A DNA stretch of 64,000 bases from Candidatus Cloacimonadales bacterium (GCA_963677495.2 CAXXOU010000003.1:352001-416000), one strand, 5' to 3'; counted from the stretch's first letter, positions 19,435 through 30,154 are shown. Made by a program: numbers and translations. Notes: generated by a model not told the origin, from the letters alone.

Positions 19435-22400
19435 ATGAAAAAGATTCTAACAATTGCTATTTTACTCACTATTATCGTGGGCTTAGTAGCACGTGTTCCT
19501 TTTGAAAAGGGACGTTATTATGACAACATACTACATGCTTGTTTTAAAATGGAGTCAGTAGGAAACATGGATGGTATTATTGAGTTTGATTTAAACGAAG
19601 ATAGTATCATTGTAACAGGTATGGAGAGCTTTGATAAGCTTGCTGAGACATACAAGTTTATCGACATGAAACAGATTTACACTCCAAAAGACAAGGAATG
19701 GAATAAAGACGGTCACTATTTACAATGTATTTATGAGATTAGAATCTCTGATAATGACCAGATGGAAGAAGTGCTTGTTGCTCTTAATCATGATGAGAAC
19801 ATTCATTATGCTCAATACGATGTTATAATGAGAGAACGTTATGTACCTAATGATCCTGACTATCATTTCCAATATTATATCCCTATTACGCATACAGATG
19901 AAGCATGGGAGTTTGGCTTAGGTTCTGAAGATATTACTGTCGGTATCTCAGACTCAGGTGTTTACTGGAATCATCCTGACCTTAGAGACAATATTTGGAT
20001 TAATGAAGCTGAAATGACAGAAGATGTTTTCATCGATTGGGATAATGGTGAAATATATGGCGGTGACGGTCTTGATAATGACCAGAACGGTAAAGTTGAT
20101 GACGTTATCGGCTGGAACTTCGCTATGAATACTAACAACCCACACCAAGATTTCCCTGGTAATGAACATGGAACCCATGTTGCCGGTTGTGCTTCTGCTG
20201 TTGGTGATAATGGTATCGGTGTTGCAGGTCCCGGATTCAATGTTAAAATCATGTGTGCAAGCGGAAGACCTGATAATGAATCAGGAACAGGTGTTGGCTA
20301 TGGTTATGCAATGCTTCAATACTTTGCTGACCTCGGTTGTGATGTTGGTAATGCAAGTTGGGGTGGACAGGAACCAAGTGATTATTGGTTCAATGAATAT
20401 AGAGAAGTTATCCAATATTGTAATGCACAGGGTATGCTTGTTGTAGCTGCAGCGGGTAATGACAATACTGAACATACAGCTGAATACCGTGATGCTCCCG
20501 GTGATATCCCTGAAGTTCTTTGTGTAGCTGCTACTTCCAGTAACGACACAAAAGCAGGTTTCTCTGATTATGGTGTTCCAATTGATATCAGTGCTCCGGG
20601 TGCAGGTATCTATTCAACATATTATGGAACTAACATGTACGAATCAAACAATGGTACATCAATGGCGTCTCCAATTGTTGCAGGTATTGCAGGACTTGTT
20701 AAGTCAGTTCATCCTGACCTTACACATGACCAGTTAAGAGCAAGACTTGAAACAACTGCTGATGATATATATCCAATGAACGAATCATATGCTGACGTTG
20801 CAGCCGGTGAGTTCTTACTCGGTAGTGGAAGAGTCAACGCTTTAGCTGCTGCTTATTATGATGTATTACCAAACGTAAACATAGAAGAAGTATTCATTGA
20901 AGAAGTAAATGGTGACGGCGATGGCATCCCTAATCCGGGAGAGACTATTGAAGTTGCTGTTCAGATTAATAACCTTATGTATATGGGAACAATGACTCCT
21001 ACTTTCTATACTTGGGCAACTGCTTATGATGTACAAGCTACGCTTTCAAGCCCTTTAGCAGGTGTTACTGTTTCTAACGAAACAAGTGATTTTGGAACTA
21101 TCTCAGGTGGTTCCTCTATTGCAAACTTCAATGATAAGTTTGTTGTAAATACTACAACTGACTTAACACCTGATAATATTCCAATGGAATTAACTATCAC
21201 ATCTAATCTGGATACTGAATGGCCTTATACTATTACAAGAACATTCAATCTTGACCTTTCACTTTTGCATGCAGACTTCCCTGTGAACATCGGTGGTGGA
21301 TCTGTTTCTTCGCCAACAATTCTTGACCTTAACAACGATGGAACTAATGAGATTGTTTTCACTCGTCCTGATGGTTCTTTAGATGCTCTTTATGCTGATG
21401 GTACACAGTATATGCCCGGTACATTCCCTGTAGCTATGGGTGGAACTATCACAAGTTCACCGGCATTTGCAGACTTAGACAATGACGGAACTATCGAAAC
21501 TGTTCTTTGTATGCAGAGTGGTCAAATCAGATGCATCAGTGCTGATGGTACTGATTTCTTTACACCTTATGATAATATTGGTGCTACACGTACTAACCCT
21601 ATTATCGCTGACCTTGATGGTAATGGTTCATTAGAAATCATCGCTGTTTCTCAGGCTCGTGAGCTTGTTATTCTTAACAGTGATGGAACTACTTACTCAG
21701 ATACGTATCCATTGAATATTAATGAATCTGCTCTTGCTCCAAGTGCTGTTGGTGATGTGAACAATGATGGTACACTTGATATCGTTGTTGCCACTACATC
21801 TTCTAACCTTCATGTATTTGATTCTTCTACAGGTGCAGAACTTACAGGCTTCCCTGTAAACTATGATTCATACTCACTTACAGGTCCTACACTAACTCAG
21901 CTTGATGATGATGCAAATATGGAAATCATCGTAGCTTCAACAGCAACCGGTGAAGTTCATGCTTATGATGATGACGGTTCAGTTATCTTTGAAAGAACTC
22001 TCGATGACCAGGTTAAAACTTCTCCTGTTGTAGGTAAAGTAAACGGTACTGTTGGCGAAGCTCAGATTGTTGTTATCTCTAACGCAGGTACTGTTTATGT
22101 GATGGATGAAAATGGTAATGACATCCCTAACTTCCCTGTGTCAGTTGATGCTAACGTTGAATCTTCACCTATCCTTGCCGGTCTTAACGGTGCAGGTGAT
22201 GCAACTATTATTTTTGGTGATAATGATGGTAACCTCCATGGTATCAAATGGAATGGTCAGGAAAACATAAACTTCCCTATGGCTTTCGAAAGCTCAATCA
22301 AATCAAGTCCATCAGTTGGTGACCTTGATGGTGATGGCCAGATGGACGTAGTATTTGCTGATCAGTATTCAATCTATGACTTAGATCTTAAGTACGGTCT

Positions 22401-22779
22401 AGGCAACGATGACAGTATTTATTACCGTGGTGATATTGCTAGAACTGGTAGCAGAGGTTATCTCATAGTAGATAATGATGATCAGGTCGTAAAACCTATC
22501 GTTGCTAACGTATTACATAATGCTTACCCTAATCCTTTCAACCCAGAGACAACTCTCTCTTTCGAACTTAAAGCTGCATCTGATGCAACTCTCGAAGTGT
22601 TCAATATCAAAGGACAGAAAGTTAATACTCTCGTAGAAAGAAGATTAAGTAAAGGTTCACATACAGTAGTTTGGAGTGGTGATGACAAGAATGGTAACAC
22701 AGTACCAAGTGGTATCTATTTCTACAAACTAACTGCAGGTAACGAAACACTTACAAAGAAAGCTGTATTAATGAAATAA
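19435..22779 (+). CDS. secreted S8 subtilisin-family serine protease with FG-GAP/VCBS repeats and sorting tail
   Basis: Catalytic triad ISDSG, HGTHVAG, GTSMASP; AAAGN oxyanion motif; DLDNDG repeats; YPNPFNPET tail. Confidence 0.93.
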   Translation: MKKILTIAILLTIIVGLVARVPFEKGRYYDNILHACFKMESVGNMDGIIEFDLNEDSIIVTGMESFDKLAETYKFIDMKQIYTPKDKEWNKDGHYLQCIYEIRISDNDQMEEVLVALNHDENIHYAQYDVIMRERYVPNDPDYHFQYYIPITHTDEAWEFGLGSEDITVGISDSGVYWNHPDLRDNIWINEAEMTEDVFIDWDNGEIYGGDGLDNDQNGKVDDVIGWNFAMNTNNPHQDFPGNEHGTHVAGCASAVGDNGIGVAGPGFNVKIMCASGRPDNESGTGVGYGYAMLQYFADLGCDVGNASWGGQEPSDYWFNEYREVIQYCNAQGMLVVAAAGNDNTEHTAEYRDAPGDIPEVLCVAATSSNDTKAGFSDYGVPIDISAPGAGIYSTYYGTNMYESNNGTSMASPIVAGIAGLVKSVHPDLTHDQLRARLETTADDIYPMNESYADVAAGEFLLGSGRVNALAAAYYDVLPNVNIEEVFIEEVNGDGDGIPNPGETIEVAVQINNLMYMGTMTPTFYTWATAYDVQATLSSPLAGVTVSNETSDFGTISGGSSIANFNDKFVVNTTTDLTPDNIPMELTITSNLDTEWPYTITRTFNLDLSLLHADFPVNIGGGSVSSPTILDLNNDGTNEIVFTRPDGSLDALYADGTQYMPGTFPVAMGGTITSSPAFADLDNDGTIETVLCMQSGQIRCISADGTDFFTPYDNIGATRTNPIIADLDGNGSLEIIAVSQARELVILNSDGTTYSDTYPLNINESALAPSAVGDVNNDGTLDIVVATTSSNLHVFDSSTGAELTGFPVNYDSYSLTGPTLTQLDDDANMEIIVASTATGEVHAYDDDGSVIFERTLDDQVKTSPVVGKVNGTVGEAQIVVISNAGTVYVMDENGNDIPNFPVSVDANVESSPILAGLNGAGDATIIFGDNDGNLHGIKWNGQENINFPMAFESSIKSSPSVGDLDGDGQMDVVFADQYSIYDLDLKYGLGNDDSIYYRGDIARTGSRGYLIVDNDDQVVKPIVANVLHNAYPNPFNPETTLSFELKAASDATLEVFNIKGQKVNTLVERRLSKGSHTVVWSGDDKNGNTVPSGIYFYKLTAGNETLTKKAVLMK

Positions 22780-22800
22780 ACTTACAAACATAGACTATGA

Positions 22801-22832
22801 AAGGCTAAAGCGGAACGCTTTAGCCTTTTTTT
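22801..22832 (+). terminator. intrinsic terminator
   Basis: AAGGCTAAAGCG-GAA-CGCTTTAGCCTT followed by a T tract. Confidence 0.85.
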
Positions 22833-23012
22833 AGATTCAGGACAGTCTTTCATACAAACTAATAAATGTGAAGAAGATATGTAATATATAAAATTGACAA
22901 TTTATCTAGATCGTGTAAAAAATAAACTTGCACTTCAAAGAAAAGAAAGTAGGGTGGTTTAAATAGTCTGGTAGGATTTAACAAAGATTCAGTAGGAACT
23001 GAAGGAGAAGTT

Positions 23013-24401
23013 ATGAAAAAGCTTTTGTTTGTGTTGATTGTCATATTAATGTTGCCTATTGCTTTATTCTCTCAAGACACATGGGATAGAATGGTTAGAC
23101 CATTAACATGGTTTCACCATATGTTTGAGGTATATGAGATAAAGGAATGCTATGACGGTGGGTATGCAATGATTGGTAGCTGTCAGTGGTATTTAGATGA
23201 AGTAGATATGCATCCAAGAACATATATTATGAAAACTGATAGTGAAGGCATACTGCAGTGGTCTATTCAGGATTCAATTGATGCTACCGGAAACAATAAC
23301 CATTTTAGCCATATTGGATTTGTAGAAACTCCTGATCATGGATTCATTGTTGCAACTCACAGAAGTCTATTTAAATATGATGAATTTGGGAATAGATGTT
23401 GGTCTCATAATGAAGATAGTGAAACTGGATTCGATATGACAGATATAACTATGACAAATGATGGCAATATTTTGCTCAGCGGCAGAATAAATTACGTTGC
23501 TTCATGCAGGAAGATAACTCAAGATAATGAGATAATTTGGGAAAAAACTTATCCTGTTCCAGATAATCAATATAGCATTGTTCGTACTAGTTTTTATACT
23601 GAGTCAAATAATCTAATTCAAGTAGTTGCTGCTCAACCTGACTTCTTTGAAGATGGATTCATTTTGATATATAAGTGTGATTCACTGGGGGATACATTAT
23701 TAGTAAACAGAGATATACCAGATGAATATTTTCGCTGTTTCGGTAATATATATGAGGATATTGACACTTCTAATCTTTATTTCACAAATGGGAATGCAAC
23801 TTTGATAGCTAACTCAGATTGTGAGATAATTAGTTATAATTTCCCAACCATTGATGCGACTAAATTAGAATATCACTCTCCAAGTACATTAATCACAAGA
23901 GGAATATACTATCATGTGTTAGATAAGAATAGTCTCGTAGAAATATATTCCTCAGAGGAGACCGGCACAGAACTGGGGCATATTGATGGATATGAAACTT
24001 TTATTATCCTGGACGATGGTTTTATGGTGACTGCAGGTGATTTTACATACAGTGATGGAATTCGCATTATCAAAACAAACTCACTTGGTGCTGTACCTAG
24101 CTGCGATTACACAATTCCTGAACCAAATCAGATGATACTGAGTAACTACCCTAATCCTTTCAACCCTGAGACAACTCTTTCTTTTGAACTTAAGGCTGAT
24201 TCTGATGCAACTCTTGAAGTGTTCAATATCAAAGGACAGAAAGTTAATACTCTCGTAGAAAGAAGATTAAGTAAAGGTTCACATACAGTAGTTTGGAGTG
24301 GTGAAGACAAGAAAGGTAATACTGTAACAAGTGGTATCTATTTCTACAAACTAACTGCAGGTAACGAATCAGTAACAAAGAAAGCTGTATTAATGAAATA
24401 A
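23013..24401 (+). CDS. secreted beta-propeller-like protein with sorting tail
   Basis: Signal peptide; DGGY / KTDSEG...W repeats; NYPNPFNPET tail. Confidence 0.8.
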   Translation: MKKLLFVLIVILMLPIALFSQDTWDRMVRPLTWFHHMFEVYEIKECYDGGYAMIGSCQWYLDEVDMHPRTYIMKTDSEGILQWSIQDSIDATGNNNHFSHIGFVETPDHGFIVATHRSLFKYDEFGNRCWSHNEDSETGFDMTDITMTNDGNILLSGRINYVASCRKITQDNEIIWEKTYPVPDNQYSIVRTSFYTESNNLIQVVAAQPDFFEDGFILIYKCDSLGDTLLVNRDIPDEYFRCFGNIYEDIDTSNLYFTNGNATLIANSDCEIISYNFPTIDATKLEYHSPSTLITRGIYYHVLDKNSLVEIYSSEETGTELGHIDGYETFIILDDGFMVTAGDFTYSDGIRIIKTNSLGAVPSCDYTIPEPNQMILSNYPNPFNPETTLSFELKADSDATLEVFNIKGQKVNTLVERRLSKGSHTVVWSGEDKKGNTVTSGIYFYKLTAGNESVTKKAVLMK

Positions 24402-24422
24402 TCTTGTATATTCTAATAAACA

Positions 24423-24457
24423 AAGGCTAAAGCAGAAAACTTTAGCCTCTTTTTTTT
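24423..24457 (+). terminator. intrinsic terminator
   Basis: AGGCTAAAG...CTTTAGCCT followed by a T tract. Confidence 0.8.
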
Positions 24458-24569
24458 AAAGTAACAACCTCTTTGTCGACCATAACATCATTATCTATCA
24501 GGCAATTACTAAGCAAATCATTTATCATAATGATTAGCTAGGTCCTAACTGGTTCTCTTTATCTAATCT

Positions 24570-24677
24570 CATCAAAAACCTAGAATCTCGCATGTCCCTC
24601 CCTTTAGCCTCCCTAGACCCTCCCTATGAACCCCTAAAGTTATCCACATCGTGTGCATAACCTGTTTGACGGTGCAA
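24570..24677. repeat. 108-bp dispersed repeat, copy 1 (11-bp-phased TCCCT array plus inverted DnaA-box pair)
   Basis: Reverse complement of 61333-61440 with 6 mismatches counted by eye. Confidence 0.9.
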
Positions 24678-24824
24678 TAATGCTCTTGAAGTGATTAAAT
24701 AAAGAGAAGGTACAGCTTGAAGAACGATGTAGTTCGCTGTATTTCAAACTCAGGTTAAGTATTTTTTAAAAGAACTCTGAGATTGAAGAGAAAAGTATGA
24801 CACTAAGTGGATTATTTGTTGAAT

Positions 24825-24848
24825 AAAAAAAACCGGCATGAAGCCGGT
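24825..24848 (-). terminator. tRNA operon terminator
   Basis: ACCGGC-TTCAT-GCCGGT followed by a T tract on the minus strand. Confidence 0.8.
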
Positions 24849-24852
24849 AAAG

Positions 24853-24928
24853 TGGCATCCCCAGGGAGAATCGAACTCCCGTTGCAGGAATGAGAATCCT
24901 GAGTCCTAGGCCACTAGACGATGGGGAC
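24853..24928 (-). tRNA. tRNA-Glu(CTC)
   Basis: Cloverleaf; anticodon arm CAGGA-TTCTCAT-TCCTG; GTTCGA; encoded CCA. Confidence 0.95.
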
Positions 24929-24971
24929 ATTTAAGGTTCGTGGTTACCACTAAAATATGACAAATAAAAAG

Positions 24972-25047
24972 TGGCGACCCCTAGGGGAATCGAACCCCTG
25001 TTGCCAGAATGAAAATCTGGAGTCCTAGTCCACTAGACGAAGGGGTC
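24972..25047 (-). tRNA. tRNA-Glu(TTC)
   Basis: Anticodon arm CCAGA-TTTTCAT-TCTGG; encoded CCA. Confidence 0.95.
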
Positions 25048-25052
25048 GCTTC

Positions 25053-25127
25053 TGGTGATCCAGGATGGGCTCGAACCATCGACTCTCTGCTTAAAAGGCA
25101 GATACTCTACCACTGAGTTACTGGACC
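25053..25127 (-). tRNA. tRNA-Lys(TTT)
   Basis: Anticodon arm TCTGC-CTTTTAA-GCAGA; encoded CCA. Confidence 0.95.
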
Positions 25128-25169
25128 ATAGCGTTACATCTAAAAGCCTTCGCTGTGCGATGTATGGAC

Positions 25170-25198
25170 AAGCTATTTAGGTGCCCTATGAGTGTCAA
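25170..25198 (-). promoter_or_regulatory. tRNA operon promoter TTGACA-N17-TAGCTT
   Basis: Consensus -35, 17-bp spacer, about 40 bp upstream of tRNA-Lys. Confidence 0.7.
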
Positions 25199-25271
25199 AT
25201 GTTTTTTACTAATTTCTTTAAGAAATAATTAAGAGAACAGCTTATACATTGTTTATAAAGAAGTTACAGTC

Positions 25272-26045
25272 CTATTGAAAATTGGAATAGCAGTCATTGA
25301 TTGCACTGTAGGCCTCCCTACAAAGCTCTCTTCTTCCCCCATTTCTATTTTTTACTGGTCTCAGAAATTCTACTTTCACATCAATACTATCTGCATCCAA
25401 AATATGCTTTAAGTTCTCTTTAAAAGGTTGGTTATCAATCCATGCTATCTGTTTTACATCCTCTTTGGTCAGCCCTTCACCATTTAGAGCAGTATATTTA
25501 ATGCATACCGGAATAATAGACTTTCCGGATTTAACTGCACTTTCGAAGAGAGAAGACCTGAAAGCTTTTACATCAACTCCATCATGACTTGTGCCTTCCG
25601 GGAAAAGACAAATATTAAAACCTGATGTAAGTTTATCTGATATTGTAGCAATCTCCTCCGGCAGACCGGTCGCTGATCGACGCTCTGTATAGAAGCTACC
25701 ACCAAGCCTGGTCATAAAACCAAGTAACGGGTGACTTTTCATTTCCACAGATGTTATAAAATTGACAGGCATAACTGAGGAGATTATGAGAATATCCAGA
25801 AAGCTGATATGATTAGAAACAATCAGATAGTTATCAGTCAGTTTCTCAATATCAATAGCTAAATGGCGCTCAACATGGATGTTCAAAGCATCAAGTATTC
25901 TACGTGAAGATATGTGGATACTACGAGCAAGAATCTTGTGTCGTAGTTCCTTATCAAAAACCAGTGCTTTAAGAAGAACTCCTCTCAAAACAAACTGTGT
26001 TAGGTATAACCCGTTAATTATTACTTTACGAAAATTAGTAGCCAT
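25272..26045 (-). CDS. 1-acyl-sn-glycerol-3-phosphate (lysophospholipid) acyltransferase family
   Basis: NHISFLD and FPEGT motifs. Confidence 0.9.
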   Translation of the reverse strand: MATNFRKVIINGLYLTQFVLRGVLLKALVFDKELRHKILARSIHISSRRILDALNIHVERHLAIDIEKLTDNYLIVSNHISFLDILIISSVMPVNFITSVEMKSHPLLGFMTRLGGSFYTERRSATGLPEEIATISDKLTSGFNICLFPEGTSHDGVDVKAFRSSLFESAVKSGKSIIPVCIKYTALNGEGLTKEDVKQIAWIDNQPFKENLKHILDADSIDVKVEFLRPVKNRNGGRRELCREAYSAINDCYSNFQ

Positions 26046-26133
26046 TTATTTTATCTTATTGAAACGATTTACCCTCGACAAGTATTACACAGGGTAAGTT
26101 GTCAATAAAGAAATATCTAAGTTTGGAGAATAG

Positions 26134-27390
26134 ATGCCTAATAAAAAGCTGATTGCAATCATCTCAGCTGTAATGATAGTTATCATTGCGTTTGTAATAT
26201 CAATTTCAATTAAACATCAGAAACATGTTGCCAAAGAGTTAATAGAAGTTAACAGGTATGAAGGATTCGAGAAAAGAATCATTCAACCCGGAGAAAGCCT
26301 TTTCCAAATACTTCTTGGGTATAAGATACCTAATCAAAAAGTGATAAAACTTACCAATGCAATGGCAAATCATATTGATATGTCCGGTTTTAAAGCCGGT
26401 CATGAGCTATATTTAAAGATAAACACAGAGATACAGATGATCTCTGAGTTTTATTATATTGAGAATGAGATTGTCAGGCACTATCTAAAGCTAAAGATTG
26501 CAGAGCAAATTGAAGATTCAGAATATGAGTATGAGCTTCTTAAAGAACCTTATGAGCGTAAGAACACTTTCCTCACAGCAACAGTTGAAGCTGGTGGAAC
26601 ATTCCTTATTGCCCTCCAGAAAGCAGGCATCAATAAGTCAGTTAGACAGAAGATAGCAAATATTCTTGAATCTCAAGCAGATATGGGAAGAGTTCAACCG
26701 GGGGACTGGATAGAAGTACTTGTTGATGACAAGATATATAAAGGTAAACAACTACCCTATAGTGAACCTATATATGTAGCTTTCCATGGTAAATACATTA
26801 AGAGTTTCGAAGCATTCTGGTATGATGAAGGGGATAAGACATCCGCATTTAACGGTATGTACAGCAGCAAAGGTGATGCTCTAGCCTCTAATGCAGTAAG
26901 GTACCCTTTAAATCGAATCCGTGTTACTTCTCCATATGGGAAAAGACTCCATCCAATCAGTGGTAAATGGAAGATGCATCAGGGAATAGACTATGCAGGT
27001 TCTACCGGAACTCCGGTATACACTGTTACAAGTGGAACTGTTATCTCAGCAGGTCGAAATGGTGGATATGGTAAAGAGGTAAAAATTAAGCATCCCGGTG
27101 GTATGATAACACAATATGCACATCTTCATAGAATCAGAGTGAAAAGAGGGCAGCGAGTTTCTAGAGGACGTGTAATCGGTACTGTTGGAAGTACAGGGTA
27201 CTCTACAGGGCCACATCTTCATTTTGGCGTGCAAAAGAATGGTCGTTGGGTAAATCCACGAACAAGCTTACGAATGGTTGGTGCTCATAAACTTACAGGT
27301 AGCAAATTAAAACAATTTAAGGAACAACAAAATCAGATTAGATTATTGGTAGAAGAAACTAAAAATGGGAGTAAACCTATCGAGGAGTAG
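26134..27390 (+). CDS. M23 family peptidoglycan endopeptidase (MepM-like)
   Basis: N-terminal TM; HQGIDY, YAHL and TGPHLHF motifs. Confidence 0.92.
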   Translation: MPNKKLIAIISAVMIVIIAFVISISIKHQKHVAKELIEVNRYEGFEKRIIQPGESLFQILLGYKIPNQKVIKLTNAMANHIDMSGFKAGHELYLKINTEIQMISEFYYIENEIVRHYLKLKIAEQIEDSEYEYELLKEPYERKNTFLTATVEAGGTFLIALQKAGINKSVRQKIANILESQADMGRVQPGDWIEVLVDDKIYKGKQLPYSEPIYVAFHGKYIKSFEAFWYDEGDKTSAFNGMYSSKGDALASNAVRYPLNRIRVTSPYGKRLHPISGKWKMHQGIDYAGSTGTPVYTVTSGTVISAGRNGGYGKEVKIKHPGGMITQYAHLHRIRVKRGQRVSRGRVIGTVGSTGYSTGPHLHFGVQKNGRWVNPRTSLRMVGAHKLTGSKLKQFKEQQNQIRLLVEETKNGSKPIEE

Positions 27391-27393
27391 ATT

Positions 27394-30135
27394 ATGAAAA
27401 AACTCTATGTAGTTATGGTATTATGCCTGATTGGCAACTTGTTTGGTACCGTTTTGAATGTTGATTACATGACGCCAAATGCGGAAATCGAAGTGAATGA
27501 CAAAAAACTTGAAATCATAATGGGAAATGATTTCGGACAAGTAACTGTACCGGGAAAATATATGCTTCCTTCAAAGCAATTGAACATATTGATTCCACCC
27601 GGAAAGAAAATCATCTCACAGAAAGCAACGCTAAATAGTTCAACTAAATCTTTTGAATACTCACCACAAATTAACTCACCTTACCATGACCAAGAGAATT
27701 TCACGAGTTCAGCTACAACTCCAGAGCTAAGTGAACAGCTTATCTATCTTGGTGAGGGATACTGGGGAAATCTACATTTTCTTAGATATAGATTTGCACC
27801 TTATGCTTATGATAATGGTTCTCTAACTAGAGTGGAAAGTATCAGCTTTTCTATTGGATTTGAAGATAGTGAGGCTAATGAAGCTCTTGTCTCTAAGTCC
27901 TTGGCAGATTTGAGCCGTAGAGCATTTATTAATGCAGAGCTTATCAATGAATATAATGTTTTGAATACACGCCAACAAACACTTCATTTGATAACAACGC
28001 AAAGCATCAGAGCAAGTATGCAGAACTACATAGACTTGAGAAGTATGCAAGGGATAACGCTTAACTTTAGTGATATAGAAGATATTTTGATGAATTCTCC
28101 CGGTTCAACTGAACCTGAACAGGTTAGAAACTACCTTATAGAGAACTTTAATCCTTCAGGAGATAACTTCCTTCTCCTTGTGGGGGACTTTGAAACGATT
28201 CCAATTCAATATCTAAACGCTTCTCCGAACGAGAATAGCTTAACACCATCTGATTTCTATTACTCTGACTTAACCTCCAATTTTAATAGCGATGGAGATA
28301 ACTTCTGGGGTGAATACTCAAACGGTTTTGGTGATGAAGACTATGAAATCGACTTTACACCGGAGATGTATGTTGGGCGTATTCCCTTCAGTGATCTGGC
28401 TAAATTGGATGTCATATTCCAAAGAATCATTGATTTTGAACAATCAGATGCACTTTGGAAAGATAAAGTCCTCTCCCCTATGGCTATGTTCAATTTTGAG
28501 AATCAGGACTATGAATATGGTTGGAACAGAACTGACGGGGCTGACTATACTGAGTACATGAAAAGCACAATATTAAGAAACAACCCGGTAACAACCATGT
28601 ATGAACAGGTAGGATTCGATAACTCTCCATACCCATCCGATTGGGATTTGAGCTCTATAAATCTGAATATTGCTCTAAATACAGAAGACTTTGGTTTTGT
28701 ATGTTTAGGTGCACACGGAAGTCCAACATCATCGTCCCGTTTGGTCTGGGAAGATGATTATGATAACAATAATATCTGTACAGGTGATGAACGTTATTGG
28801 GAAGGACTGATTATGGTAGATATGTTCGACACAATATCAAATAGTACCGGTTCTGTCTTTTTCACTCAATCATGCCTTAATGGTGGATTTGATCTTACAG
28901 ATAACCCACGTGGTTCATTAGGTGAATATATACTTGAGAAAAAGGGAGTTGCTACATTAACGGCAACACGTACCGGCTGGTATAAGATTGGTTGGATTAA
29001 TCCCGGTTGGGGAGGAATTCATTCCTTAAACTACTATCAAATGGATAACTATTATACACATAATCAAGCATTAGGTATGTCTCATGCAAATGCCAATTTC
29101 ATGTTTAGCAACTACTTCTTCTTCGGTGACCCACTTGATTCTGATGGTATCATTTGGCCTGAGCAGAAGAACATCTACACTTATATCTTATATGGTGATC
29201 CATTAATTAACTACCAACCGGAATACAACACAACTGATGGAGAAATCCTTGTTTGGGAGCCTAATGGTTTTAGTAATAGCTTTGAGGTTGTAAACGCTAT
29301 ATCTGAAACAGGAAACTGGAATATTTATTACACCGACAAGCTTGATGATGAAATGAGTTCGTTAGATAGTTTCTCTGCAGTATTCTGCCTATTTGGATTT
29401 CAGGATGAAGCCTTCTACTTGGAAGAAGCAAGCATAGAAAGTCAAATGCTAGTTGACTATCTACAGAATGGAGGTAAAGTCTATACAGAAAGTTCAATAG
29501 AATACTCATACAATACTGCTTTCTATGACTTCTTCAACATCTGGGCACCATTTGATCATGTGGTAGACTTGGAAACAGTACAATCAGTTGAATCGAATCA
29601 AATGTGGGACTATGATGGTGAAATAAATGGTTTGCAAGCACTTGAGATTATGCAGCCTGATGCAACGACACAAAGCGTTTACCTTGCCCCTCAAGAGAGT
29701 TACTCTGATGTAATTGCCATCAAGACGATAACACAAGATGCAATCACCGTTGGTGCAAGCTTTCCAATATTTGGTCTTACTGATGAAACAGGTTTGATCA
29801 ATGATTACATATATGAAGTTATGTACACGCATTTCCAATTGCAGTCCCCACAGGATAATGAAGACATAATACAAGCGATTCAGCAGAATTTATCAGTATA
29901 TCCAAATCCTGCAAGTGAATTGGTGACTTTCAAGACTAGTAAGATAATTCCAAACCAAGAGATACAGATCTTTAATATTAAAGGGCAACTTGAAAGAACA
30001 ATCGTTACAGGAACATCTAAACTATCTCGATGGGATATGACAGATAGTAAGGGAAACAAACTTAGCAATGGTATATATTTCTCTAGAATTAAAGGAACTG
30101 ATGCCAGACCTGCCAAGTTTATCATTATGAAGTAA
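27394..30135 (+). CDS. C25 (gingipain-like) cysteine peptidase with sorting tail
   Basis: LLLVGD, SDFYY, VGRIP; catalytic GAHGS and QSCLNG; LYGDP; VYPNP tail. Confidence 0.88.
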   Translation: MKKLYVVMVLCLIGNLFGTVLNVDYMTPNAEIEVNDKKLEIIMGNDFGQVTVPGKYMLPSKQLNILIPPGKKIISQKATLNSSTKSFEYSPQINSPYHDQENFTSSATTPELSEQLIYLGEGYWGNLHFLRYRFAPYAYDNGSLTRVESISFSIGFEDSEANEALVSKSLADLSRRAFINAELINEYNVLNTRQQTLHLITTQSIRASMQNYIDLRSMQGITLNFSDIEDILMNSPGSTEPEQVRNYLIENFNPSGDNFLLLVGDFETIPIQYLNASPNENSLTPSDFYYSDLTSNFNSDGDNFWGEYSNGFGDEDYEIDFTPEMYVGRIPFSDLAKLDVIFQRIIDFEQSDALWKDKVLSPMAMFNFENQDYEYGWNRTDGADYTEYMKSTILRNNPVTTMYEQVGFDNSPYPSDWDLSSINLNIALNTEDFGFVCLGAHGSPTSSSRLVWEDDYDNNNICTGDERYWEGLIMVDMFDTISNSTGSVFFTQSCLNGGFDLTDNPRGSLGEYILEKKGVATLTATRTGWYKIGWINPGWGGIHSLNYYQMDNYYTHNQALGMSHANANFMFSNYFFFGDPLDSDGIIWPEQKNIYTYILYGDPLINYQPEYNTTDGEILVWEPNGFSNSFEVVNAISETGNWNIYYTDKLDDEMSSLDSFSAVFCLFGFQDEAFYLEEASIESQMLVDYLQNGGKVYTESSIEYSYNTAFYDFFNIWAPFDHVVDLETVQSVESNQMWDYDGEINGLQALEIMQPDATTQSVYLAPQESYSDVIAIKTITQDAITVGASFPIFGLTDETGLINDYIYEVMYTHFQLQSPQDNEDIIQAIQQNLSVYPNPASELVTFKTSKIIPNQEIQIFNIKGQLERTIVTGTSKLSRWDMTDSKGNKLSNGIYFSRIKGTDARPAKFIIMK

Positions 30136-30154
30136 TAATTTAATTGATATAATT

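Noticed and set aside
22525..24401. Diversity-generating retroelement TR/VR pair
   Set aside because: Differences are not adenine-specific, many are synonymous, both copies are coding, and no reverse transcriptase is in the window.
24640..24660. oriC call from DnaA boxes
   Set aside because: Only two boxes, duplicated inside a dispersed repeat, with no dnaA/dnaN context.
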